The notes under the pieces are model-generated. The model was given only the letters and a program-made list of their open reading frames with translations. It made no database searches and was not told the DNA's origin. The translations under genes were made by a program, and so were the position numbers. 64,000 bases of DNA from Phoronis australis (taxonomy: Eukaryota; Animalia; Phoronida): assembly GCA_002633005.1 (NCBI GenBank), contig NMRA01000162.1:254255-318254 (forward strand), in the 5' to 3' direction. Shown here piece after piece: positions 48,001 through 59,200 of the stretch (position 1 is the first letter of the stretch; each line of letters begins with the position of its first letter).

Positions 48001-51000
48001 CATTTGAGGGACGTCATAGTGGGCAAGATCTACTTCCTGCTAGTGAGAATCAAGATCAAACACATGGAGGTGCAGATCATAAAAAGGGAAAGCACAGGCT
48101 CAGGTAGTTGTCGCCTCACTCACCGCTCTGTACTTTTGCTCTTTACAACCAGGGCACTTGATCACCTGAGGGGAAGGATGTCTGTGTCTTCTTGAAGGGA
48201 TTTTTTTGATCGAACGGAAATTTCTCATCTCATGCCTACGAGCGTATTAGAAAACCTAAAAAGCATATTGATGTTATCCAAATAGATGTCCTGAGGTATT
48301 CTTCCACAAATGTTCAGTGCTCTACTGTGAAACGTCTGCTGGTTTTGGTGGTTAGCGCTGCCTGAAATCCGATTCCTAGCATATGTTACCTTATGGAATG
48401 TAGTAATTATTATAACCTCAGTTGAAATTTGCTTATGTCTCATTAACCAACTTCTTTAGTTCTCAGATTTATTTGAATGTTTTTCCTTTCTGAAATAGCA
48501 CAGGTCGGTGATACTTTCACAGTGTTCAAGAAGATTCCTTTTAATTAGCTCTGTCTCTATGTAGATGAATACTCCTTGCTGTGGTCTGTAAAACCGGGGG
48601 TGGGATGGTATAAATTTTTAGGAATTCTATTTGATTCTCAATAGGAGGTATTTGATTATTTTCAATAATTATTTATTCTGACTCATTTGTCAAATTAATT
48701 CATTTCTTTCAAATGCAAGTAGTTAACTTACCATTAGCGCCAATTTTAGCAACAAATTTGTTAAATATGATAAAATGTCCTCTAATGGAGCTGTTTGCTT
48801 GTTTAGTATCTCAATAATGCTCTTCAAAAGATACAAAAATGCCGCACCCAACAGCGAAAATTAGAATTGAATCGAAACAGGCCTTGGCATATTAATATCG
48901 AAATCAGTTGCTCCGGCCACATTTCGATTAGATTGCAATTTGATTATTATAATGTTCTCACCCTTATGTAATACCTGAACTAATGTTAAATGAAATGAAA
49001 CCAAATTTCCGGGAATTCACATAATGTAGGTGAACATAATGGGAAGCTACCTTGGAGAATGGATCAGCTCAAAACTTGTAAACGCCCATAGTATTGCCCA
49101 CCCCTACTTCACACTTGAAATGCCCAAACTACAAATTGGTGCTTTAGTTTGTCTTTAATAACCTTTCCTTTAGCTCTTGATTTCAAGCTTGCTCGTACAG
49201 TGTCTGTTCTTAAAATACTTCTCACTGCTATCTGGCTTCTTCACAAAGTCGTCATCTGTTACTGGTTACCATCTTCGGTCAAAAAACTAACTTTGTTTAG
49301 ACTACTGGTCTCGGCTTGTTATTTCGAAGGGATTTTGAGCTTGCTTGGGACTGGTGGATCATTACTACTTAAGACCAGGCTCAGTCTGTTGGCTTGATTC
49401 AGACACCAGATGGAGTACTCATTGGTTTGTTGCACAAAACCTTGAGATGGGACCAGCTATCTTGATCGAGTCTGTTCTCTAGCAATGTGTATCAAAACTA
49501 CCAGTTCGTCCTATGCGTAGAAATCCATTCTAAAATACAGAACAAGTTGAGGCCGATTTTCAACCGTTAATTTTTTAATAGTTTTTTTAAAATTTACTTA
49601 AAAGATTCATTCAAACAAAGATGTGATGCTAAAGCACGCGTTTACCTTGTTCTACTGGAATTGCTAAAGTAGATTGTGACTCATATGTTTCGCATGATAA
49701 CGGGGTGTGCATTGTTGTTATATTTCAGGGCCGAATACCTTCAATGAAAATGAAACGATTGCAAAATATGAAATCATGGACGGTGCCCCAGTCAGAGGTG
49801 AGTATTTCTTTTTACAAAGTGTTTGTATTGCATTTTTAATTTTAAATTAATGTAAGGTTGCCATAATTAATGTGATATTAAGATTGACCTGATTGGAACT
49901 CTTAGTCAACTCTTAGTCAGGCAGATGATGACTGCTCGACTTGTTGCATAGTTGTGTGCTGGATTTCATCGGTGATGTCACGTAACCACACATCGTATTG
50001 CCGACAGAGTTGTGCAATTCGTGCTGTTCAGCCTCGGTGTTTTTTTGTACGAATGTTCGTTAAGTACCATTTCCCTGGACTGTTGAAACCAAGAAATTTC
50101 CGACATCACGATCTGATCTAGTATCATAATGCTGTGGTAGTAAGCGGGTCAGAGCTTACAGTCACACAAAGGAATCAGCTGGTGAATGAAAGTCAACTGT
50201 TTTCCCTGTCCTAAGTTTTTCTGGTAATTATTGTATTTCATACAAAACACATTCTTCTTTTCGACATTAGTTGAGCATCATTTGAGATAGTATTTTTAAA
50301 TATCATTTAGTGTCAGGCGCTCTGTTCACAACAATAATTGCTGGATTACGTGACCTTATCAGATGAACGTAGACAATGAGAGAGCTGGAGTATATAAACA
50401 TTGGTTTGCTAACTTTCTTCCTTTGCCTCGCTGTCAAAACTGATATAATGACATGGCTGTATCCCGACTAGCAAGTCGGTGAAATCAGTGTAGTCGTCCC
50501 ACAGCGTATGTACGTAAAGTTGTTTAATAGTGCTATACTTGCGAATAAAACCTAGCAAACAACAGGGCTTCGAAAGAATTGACGGTCTTTATAAATTGAC
50601 TTGCCGTGAGTATAGTCTCAAGGCACAACCGACTGCCACTTCCTGCTAACCTAGAAATCACTTGAGACCACGTTTTTAGTGAGAAGTAGTCTAAATCAAG
50701 AGTTCACTTCTTGCATGGAACACCGGTTTATAACACCTTTGTCAATATGGGTCTTTTTGTTTGGAGGTCTACAGCTCTGTTCTTGGAAATGTTTTTTATG
50801 CGTGCGTCTGATGTTTTTTTACTTTGATATAGGCGAGTCGATACCGATACGGTTGTTCCTGAGTGGATACGAGTTGACACCGACAATGCGAGACATCAAC
50901 AAGAAATTCTCAGTACGGTACTACCTAAACCTTGTTCTAGTGGATGAAGAAGAGCGGAGATACTTCAAGCAGCAGGTGAGTGTCTCTGGAGGTGTTTCTA

Positions 51001-51894
51001 GTGGGCTGATGAAAACGACGCGACTTAAGATATGCTTCTTGAGCTGTATTGAAAATTTTTTTGTTTGAACATTGTCCTTTTAGTAGACCAGTGAAAATGC
51101 ATTGGTGGAGATGTGTTTCTTGTGCTCTGTTGAGAATGTTTTGTGAGAGTGTGATTGTGCTTCTAGTGTTCTGGTTAGAATGCCTTGTGTGAACGTGGTG
51201 CTTCTGCTGCTCTGGTCATAGTGCCTCGTGTGAACATGGTGCTTCTGGTGCTGTGGTGGAAGTGCCTTAAACTTCACAAAGAGAGTCAGACTGTATAAAG
51301 TGGCACAGTACATGCTATTCAACTTACGATTAGTTGAAATCAAAACCAAATCTGGACGCGACGCTTAGCATAACACCAAATGAAACCTGGAAATTTCCCA
51401 GGTTGCCAAATAGGAAGGGAGATCTCCAACGTCCTTAGCAACAACCTTAAATGAAATAAAAGATACGTGGAGCAAAAAAACGGTGAACTCTGCAAATGTG
51501 TGTCGGTGCATCCTAAATCAGGGTGATCTGCACATCTTTCCTCTACCTGTCTCATACATGGGCATTCCGATACTTGCTAAACGATTCCGACTTGGTTAGT
51601 TTTCTTCCCGCAGTATTTTGAGTGCATGCTCGGATGTGTGAATAGCGACTTCCTGGCGACCTGGAATTTTTCCTACGTCGCCCAACAATGTGATGCCGAC
51701 AAATCGAGCCCTGCAACTACAGTACCCAGTCATATTAATCTCTGTTGTAGGAGATCACAGTATTTCGCAAGGCGGACAAAGCACGGCGGACACAAGGAGG
51801 TGGCAGAAAAATGGAGGAGCAGGAGGCAATGAAACGACACGAGCCGGACTTACTAGCAGGAAGTCAACAGGCTGATGGCAATGAGGAACAGTGA
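33040..51894 (+). CDS. VPS26: Retromer subunit VPS26; coding exons 33040-33042, 37090-37233, 43870-43945, 45764-45920, 46674-46838, [47312-47418 OR 47997-48103], 49729-49797, 50833-50975, 51751-51894; 335 aa
   Basis: MSFLGFGQSAEID...YYDGETVSGKV...LEHQGIKIEFVGQIELYYDRGNHHEF...[27 protein letters not shown]...YEIMDGAPVRGESIPIRLFL...RRYFKQQEI. GT-AG introns, in phase when one of the two 107-nt exons is used. Confidence 0.95.
33747..34285. mobile_element. Second copy of foldback/MITE family A
   Basis: TAGACAGTGACCACC...GCGCATAGAGGGTCACC... and inverted GGTGACCCTCTATGCGC...GGTGGTCACTGTCTA; homologous to 3810-4435. Confidence 0.7.
35953..36105 (+). mobile_element. Minimal HINE/DINE-1-like (Helentron-associated) element
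   Basis: 5' T tract, subterminal IR ATGCGCCCAC (35958) / GTGGGCGCAT (36072), 5' palindrome CCACATATTTATATGTGG, (CCGT)n microsatellite, 3' hairpin CAACGC-TCT-GCGTTG. Confidence 0.7.
37090..37233 (+). CDS. VPS26: VPS26 exon 2
   Basis: SFLGFGQSAEIDVVLDGQDQRKVTEVRTEDGKKEKLFLYYDGETVSGK. Confidence 0.95.
37592..39220 (+). mobile_element. Kolobok-like transposon derivative carrying a THAP-domain ORF fragment (37749-38069)
   Basis: TIRs AGGAGAATGCCACCC / GGGTGGTATTTTCCT flanked by CTAA / TTAA. ORF CMVPAC...SFFRLP...RKW...RVCGWHF fits the C2CH THAP zinc finger. Internal tandem duplication at about 38645-38760. Confidence 0.75.
41235..41553. repeat. Minisatellite, 28-31-bp unit, about 10 copies
   Basis: GTCATC(T/C)GGTGTGTATCTC(CTC)TGAGGT(G/A)TA repeated. 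Confidence 0.9.
43870..43945 (+). CDS. VPS26: VPS26 exon 3
   Basis: VNVTLKKQGSKLEHQGIKIEFVGQI; GTAAGT donor. Confidence 0.95.
45764..45920 (+). CDS. VPS26: VPS26 exon 4
   Basis: ELYYDRGNHHEFTSLVKELERPGILTQNKTYKFEFVQVEKPYESYTGANVRLR. Confidence 0.95.
46324..46520. repeat. Minisatellite, 45-bp unit, about 4.4 copies
   Basis: GC(A/G)TGTGCCTTATTTCAGGTATTAGGGGCAGCTTCACATATAGTC repeated. Confidence 0.95.
46674..46838 (+). CDS. VPS26: VPS26 exon 5
   Basis: [55 protein letters not shown]. Confidence 0.95.
47312..47418 (+). CDS. VPS26: VPS26 mutually exclusive exon 6a
   Basis: 107 nt, YHLTDVIVGKIYFLLVRIKVQFMELAIVKREITGS; AG/GT intact. Confidence 0.85.
47997..48103 (+). CDS. VPS26: VPS26 mutually exclusive exon 6b
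   Basis: 107 nt, YHLRDVIVGKIYFLLVRIKIKHMEVQIIKRESTGS; AG/GT intact. Confidence 0.9.
49729..49797 (+). CDS. VPS26: VPS26 exon 7
   Basis: GPNTFNENETIAKYEIMDGAPVR. Confidence 0.95.
50833..50975 (+). CDS. VPS26: VPS26 exon 8
   Basis: GESIPIRLFLSGYELTPTMRDINKKFSVRYYLNLVLVDEEERRYFKQQ. Confidence 0.95.
51751..51894 (+). CDS. VPS26: VPS26 last coding exon
   Basis: EITVFRKADKARRTQGGGRKMEEQEAMKRHEPDLLAGSQQADGNEEQ*; TCTGTTGTAG acceptor. Confidence 0.9.
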   Translation, partial: EITVFRKADKARRTQGGGRKMEEQEAMKRHEPDLLAGSQQADGNEEQ

Positions 51895-54800
51895 GGCCTG
51901 CTTGCCTGTCAATCACGCACGTTACATTGCGTTGTCTATGGCAAAAGTGAAACCGTGGTTGAGTTGTTGTTGACGATAATCAGACGACAGGACAGCTTCA
52001 GTGTGTGGGAATAGAGAAACTTTGTCGGAGAGAAATGCAAACTGATTGGTCGACTCCGGTTTAATGAATTTTTGCTGCATTCATCTTTTTTATGGATCAT
52101 ATATTTTCATCAGTCATCCCATTTGGATGTTAATGGTCGAGGAATAGCTTATGAAGAGACAGTTGCTGTGGCTTCATAGTTTTCCTGTTTAACTTGATCT
52201 TGCCTTCTTGAAAAAAAATGATATTTAAAATGTCCTCCCGATGTTGCAGTACTGACTTTCAGATGGGGGATTGAATCTTTCAGTTTGCGTCAAAAATTTA
52301 GCTGCCGTCTGTTGGTCATTCTGTGTACTAAGTGTGGCGTACTGATCCAAGAATGATGCAATTTCATTGCGACAATACTCTGCTAAGGTCACTGTTAAGT
52401 TTCCTGTCCAGTTCGTTCCTCCTACATTATTTTAAATTGATTAGTTATAACCCTCATGCAGAATGTTCAGGAGTGCCGAATCAGTCTCTGAAACAATTGA
52501 AATAAGTGCTTGCCATGTTTTTTGCTCCTGAGATGTAACAGGGAAGTGTTGCTTTCGCTTCATCTGCTTGTCTTGTTCATACTGCCGTTTCAAGAACTGT
52601 ATCTGACGGTGAACTGGATACGAACACCACTCATTGACAAGTTCTCTTTTATGTTAGTAAACGATAAATTTCTTGGTAGTGTTGTTCATTGTCAGCATGT
52701 TCTATAGCCAATGATGTCAAAAGAATGCGTCTCAATCACATCTTTTCTCAATGTCTGCTGCTGTTCACAATTATTGCCATTTTCACAAGTTTGTAAATCG
52801 CAGTCTTTTCAGACAACCCCTTCCCGTGCCCTGAAAGTGTTAAAATGTTGGCATTTTTTAAGCCAGTATTCATTTACGTAAACTGCTAGGTAGGTTTTAT
52901 ATTTTCTTGTTGGTGTTCATCCATATAACGACATTTTTCTGTTGAAAAATCAGTACATAAAGCATTGAATGCTTGTCTTTTCACTATAATTTCTATGTTT
53001 TCAAAAGCATGCGCCATATTACTGACCCCTCCCTAAATTGTATGTTTTATCGACTGGTGGTAATAGCGATAATTTTGTTGTTTTAGCTGGACATGATAAC
53101 TCGTACGTTATTTCTCGATTTGCTCCTTTGCAGTATATCTGTATGTTGTGGAGCAATCCACTTTCTTTGAGTGAATTTTTAATAATGGACACGTTCCAGA
53201 GTGTCCCAATGCCATTGGACTGGAACGGAGGATTTACAAGTTGAGCGGGTGTACTGCAAAGTTGTATTGTTGGCAGTCATTTCCTATTGACAGTCAGTAA
53301 ATGCTTTTCGCCGATGCTGCTTGCAGAGATCGGAGACCTGCTATTAGATTAAGTATTTCTTTTCCAACTACGGAGCATACTTTATGAAACTGATTCTAAC
53401 TATTGTGTATTTAAAGTTGCATAAATGATTGTAAATAAGTTGTACAGAATTCAACATTTAGTTGTTAATCGTGTTGTTGAGAGCACATCATCAAGTCTCC
53501 ATGCTTCAGGTGGAAGGTTAAACATGTGCTTACAGTATATTGCTATATTTCAGTTATCTTAGGTATAGTTATAAATCACGGTTAACCCGTGGTAGTGTAG
53601 AACCAGTTTGATGTAGGAAAATCTAATCATGTTTTTATTACTTGTTATTAGTCTAAAAAGTCCTACTAAAGTAGAGGCGATTCTCCGTCTATGATGACCC
53701 ATTCCACAGAGTTGCTGATGCGCTGGTCATTACTCTTGGTTGCTGGTAGCTCTCATGTTCTGCTCGATGTTGTGAGTGCACTCGGCCTAGTCAATATTTT
53801 TTGTTGCACAGTTTGTGCAAGCATAACGTTGTTTCATTTTAGTAAATCTTTGATGCAAACAAGCACATGCCCTCAATAAACTGGGATGGTAATGGTCAAC
53901 CATACTCCTTCAGTAGTTTGACAAGCTTAGTTCGATTTGCTAGTAGAGTCTTCAAATAAGAAAAAAGTTAATTCAGCAGAGTTCTATTCATTAAATGTTG
54001 TTTGACTGGTACAACCGTAGTATTTTATGTTTGTACATCTGAAGTGCTTGTGAAACAATTCTTCTTGTAGAAATACAACGAATTCACATGCGACTCCTAT
54101 CCCACAAACACCCACATATTTGGTGATCAACCATCTGTTTGGATGGTAAAAGAGGACCCTTTCTTTTGCCATTAGCGCCACCTATTGAATATTGAGTCAC
54201 CCACTGAAAACCCAGCATTATGTTGCTATGGAAATCTTGCTTGTTTTATGAAAATTTCTCTCTTCTGCCATATTGTCCTAAATTAGTGGGTTTTACCGAG
54301 TTTGATTTTTTGAAATCCCAAAAGGTAGCAAGAGAGGGCGACGTTCATACAGAGGGCTTTGTAGTTGTTGAAATTAACCATTATACTCCATTGTAGTTAA
54401 CATTTGAACAGAGGATGACATCGTTCATTATTGGAATTCAGTTGGGACTGGAAGTTGCATAATTTCAAGTTAATTGCCAGGTAAACACTATGTAATACAG
54501 ACAAAATCATGAGTTGTCTTAACACTGTTTGAACTTCGGTCAGAACTCGGCATGTTTTGTAAAACTTGTTTGTTGTAGCAATGTATCACTGATCTTTACC
54601 TTGCAGACAGCTTTTCAAAGCTGTTTTTATTGAACATTTGGTGTTATTACGATAATTGTACAGCACTATGGAGCAATTGTGGAAAATGTTGTAAATGATT
54701 TAATTATTATTATTATCTGTTATATTGATTATAGATTATTGATAAATAGAAAACATCAAATAAAATGTTAATTCTGCTTGTTTGAATTCTTACTTTTCGT

Positions 54801-56088
54801 GTAAGTCATTTGTCTCGTCACTCAACGGAACGCTATGACAAACATTTTGCCTTTATTTTTATTACTAGAAATAAAAGCATATTTAAAAGTTAAAAATGTG
54901 AACATAGAGATTCACAAGGTTATGACAAAAAACACAAACCTAATTATGCTTGGCAACCAAACAAAATAAGAATAAACATCATTGTAACAATTGTAGAAAT
55001 TCTGGAGACAAACCATCAATACTTAGTTATAAAACAACCTAATATCACACTTCAAAAGTTCAACAAATAAACAGTTGAATATAAAAAAGATATGGCATAA
55101 TGAGATCACAGAATATTCTCCAGTGACGAGTTGCACAATCCACCGGATGGGCTTGTGATTTTGGCAAGATCGTGCCAGGCGCAACAAAACATCCCCATGC
55201 AGAGTTTGTTCTGTCCTGTGATTGTTTTAAAGTTTTAATGCATTCCCAATTTTGTGGTCAACAGCTGTCTTCAATTAGTATCGTACATGGAATGAACTCG
55301 AACAGATAGCCAGGGTACAATGAAGTAATTGTGTACCTATGCCACAAATCTCACTTGAACAATGATATTCTACATAATGAACGAGTGCCACCGAGAGTTG
55401 ATTATACAGTTATGCACCCGCGCAGTGGAACGAGTATCCCAATTGACTGGTCGGCCAGTCGGGATACAGCCCTGTCCTTGTCAGTTTAACAGTGGCAAAC
55501 CAATGTTTACATAGTCCAGCTCTCTTATGGTTTGCTTTCATCTGCTAAGCTCACGCAATCCAGTAATTATGTTTTTAACAGCTTGCCTGACCCTAACCCA
55601 TATTAAAAAGTATTATTTGCAAACGATCTTCAACAAATGTTGTGAAGCAGATGTGTTTTGTATGAAATATCAGCACCAAAAATTTCTAATGCAGAAAAAT
55701 GGTTGACTTTCAGAGAAATTAGACTTAACTTTCACCTATTGATTACTTTGAGTGACTGCGAGCTCTGACCAGCATAATCGCAGTATTGTGTACCATATGG
55801 AACACAAAAGGCTTGCTTGACAATATAATCGAGCGCGATTCTAGATTAGATCGTGATAGTGGAAATCTCGTCATATTTACACTCCAGAATGGTATATAGT
55901 GCCACAAAATACACGACTGTTTACAAAGCATGAAGTCTACCTGCCGATAAAAAAGCCCAAATTTCATAAAACTGACACAACTAAGATACGTATTACAATA
56001 TGGCACAACCAATGTTGTACAGATGAAAGCTCTCATTTCATTGTCACGCTGTCATGCAAGGTTTGTTACCAGGAGACGGCTACAATAG

Positions 56089-56223
56089 TCAGCCTGTAAG
56101 AGGCTGCAGATCCACCAGAACTCTTTCATTGGAGCTCATCATACCGATGGTAGGGAAAAATCCACCAGGAGGTATTCGCACTTGCTTCTTGCCAAGAATT
56201 GAACCGTTTTTGGTAAAGAACAC
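56089..56223 (-). CDS. SPRYD3: SPRYD3 last coding exon
   Basis: VFFTKNGSILGKKQVRIPPGGFFPTIGMMSSNERVLVDLQPLTG*. Confidence 0.92.
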   Translation of the reverse strand: MFFTKNGSILGKKQVRIPPGGFFPTIGMMSSNERVLVDLQPLTG

Positions 56224-59200
56224 CTGCAATAGTTGAGACATCAGTTAAAATTCAATACAATCATTGATTGGCTAAATACAATTTGATCAACTCCAGCTGG
56301 ATGGGAATATCTGTTCACTTTTCAGACAGCCTAGATGGAAGTTGTTGCTATTTGTGATCTGACCATTTAGATGCACAAAGTGCATAATGCAAAACGGCCG
56401 AGACGCAATCCCCGGGACTTCGGGAACTATAAACTGAAGAGTCACACTATTTAGAAGAATTATAAAAGGATACCAAACCCTGTTTTGGCCTATAACAGAT
56501 ATTAAAAACGAGTCATCTATCCAATTATCTGAAACAAAATTGAACTATGTAACCCTCCCCCGGACAACCTCAAAAGTTTGGAGGACTTTTTGAAAACTCT
56601 TAGCAAAGTCTGCTACACAGGCAAGCATGACCTACGCTTTAAGCAAATTGCACAGCACCTCTGGGTAAACACCATCCACCAAGAACCATAACATCCAATC
56701 TGTGACATAGGGAGTATGACTTTTTAGTCGATTTGTGCTTTTACCATTTTCAAGATTGACGCCAATGATGCCTTAGCAGCTGACAGAACAAGGATTGGCT
56801 TTAGTTAAAACATCAAAACAAGGTTTCCGAGTAATTCCTTTGAAGTAGGCTTGCCCGTCAAGTGAAAAAAGTAAAAACTAACGTTTATTGCCACCAGCAG
56901 AGGTGAAATCGCATCATTCACCAAACAAAGACTTGCGGTTTACTCAGAATTTCGACTGCCTGTGTGGGTGAACTGTGTATCCTGGGTGGTTTATCTTCGT
57001 ACGAAATATGGATTTTGTTGTGACATAATGGCAGTACACTGTCCATCAAAGCAGGACAAAAATTGCTAATGAAGCATAATACAAGGAAAAAAAGCCACCA
57101 GTGATCGTGTGTAAATTGATCCCTCAGGCATGTTAACCGATAAGATCTCAGGAGACTGTTACCTTTAGTCCAAATAACCAGACAATGCCCTTGGGATCCA
57201 TTCAAATTGTAAAATACTGCCAATCAATGCGTACCAGCACCATTTTTCCGATTACCAACCCCAATAAAATCCTTTTCTTGAGTCATTTCAATGTTTGTGT
57301 TGGTACTGTGAATACAATTCTATCACGGTGAGACCAATTTTATGAGTCAAATGCCCAATTTGATTTTGCTCCTTTAGCCAGCTGAACAGAACAAATTGCA
57401 GCTTTTAATTAACTGTTTGGCTTCTAAAATTGGATTCCTAGCGAAAAGTTGAGTTAGCCTCATTTCTCCATGAAGGAATATGACAATTAAAAGTTAGCCA
57501 AAATAAATTGGATTCGGTTTATTGACCAGGATTACAATCATGGCAGATGTCTTCACCACACACAGACTGCGTGACAGTGGACTACATTTTTGACACTAGA
57601 ATTTGGACGGCTGTTGTCTAAACTTGAAACTAAAAAGAGAAATTTATAATGAATTTCTTCAAAACATGAAACTATACCTCAACAACAGGCCTCTTCTGGA
57701 AATTCTCCCTCTCCCACCAAGTTTCATCCTCGGAATCATCAAGTGTTGGATCACTGTCCGAAGAGTCAGACTGTTCACCAGAATCTGAATCGCTGTCACT
57801 ACCAGATGTGTCTGACACTGGATGAAACAAAATTGATATCAAAATGGTAAAATCTCGCCAATTTAGAGCATAACATAGCAAACAAGTGACTTTTTTCCAT
57901 ATTTTTCATAACACTATATCTCACATCTGATGACGTTTTGAGAAATGAAAGTTATTCACAACAATATTACAAAGACTTTACAACAAACTTTGTCTTTCCT
58001 AGAAACCAAAATTTCCAACTGAGGGCCAAAAAATACTTATGACAAACTGGAAGCCATGTAAAACTACGTTCATCTGCTGAGGAGTTGGCAAAAAACCACC
58101 AGAGGTATATCAGGTGTTCCTCAATCTGTGTAAAGTACATCATCCAAATATAAGACAAACACATCTAGCCTTTTAATCGTTGATTCAACTCTTGGTTTAA
58201 CGCAATTAAGCCTTACGGTTACGTATGTAGGACCGTAGAAAAATAACATATTTGGCCAACTACGAACATCATATCTCAGGAACGGCTTGAATTTACACGA
58301 ACGTTTCAGTTATCAGGCTTTAGGCACGTTCTCCAACACCTTCCTAGAATTTGTTTGTCAAATGTTTTGCTTTTGCATAAGATATAAATAAAACAAAACT
58401 TTTATGATTTGCGTGAAAAAAATCAAAAGTTGCATAAAATGAAAACGAAACAACTTGGAAAACCATAAGAGCTTTGAAATATCATCTTGAGCCTTTATAA
58501 CAAACAAAATTTGGTGTGACTTGATATTGATACCATTGTTTTGATAGGGAATGTACCTATACTTTTTTGTTAAATTTTCATAAAACATGTGGTCACTTGA
58601 TCCCAAATGGCAAATTGACAAACAGTAAAAAAATCAATTTTACACTGATTTTCTACTTTCAGAAAACATAACTTTAATGACTAAATCAGCTTTCTAGGTG
58701 TTTGGTAAGAACACAGATTTGTCAATAAGGACCAACATAACCTTAACTCTAAACGAAGCTACTTGCAACGAAATGGGCAGGTTTTCAAAATAGTGGTCAA
58801 ATAGTATCACGTCTGCCATCAGCCTTACTCATATCAGTGAGTGGTCGTCTTTGATTATTTTTTTCAGGCCCTGCTCCTGACACTTGCTCTTTGTCGTTTT
58901 CCAGTGGAAACAGAATCCCACAACCCATTATATCACCTTTACTGCAGCTTGGACCAAGTGGTTTACCCCTGCCGATGCCAGTGAAAATCTTCCCATCGTC
59001 TGCAACACAAAAATGTATTAACTAAGTTACCATACTGTAAGTCTGCGTGAATTTAAGTTAAAAGACCTTGTTAATAGGTGGTAAAATTTCAGGCCAAAAA
59101 ATCAAATCTGAATTACGAAGCCAACTTTTTATTTCCCTCACATTCTTTCAAGACCCACTGCATACATCATTAAAGTCAAATAAGCTGGACAGTAGCGATA

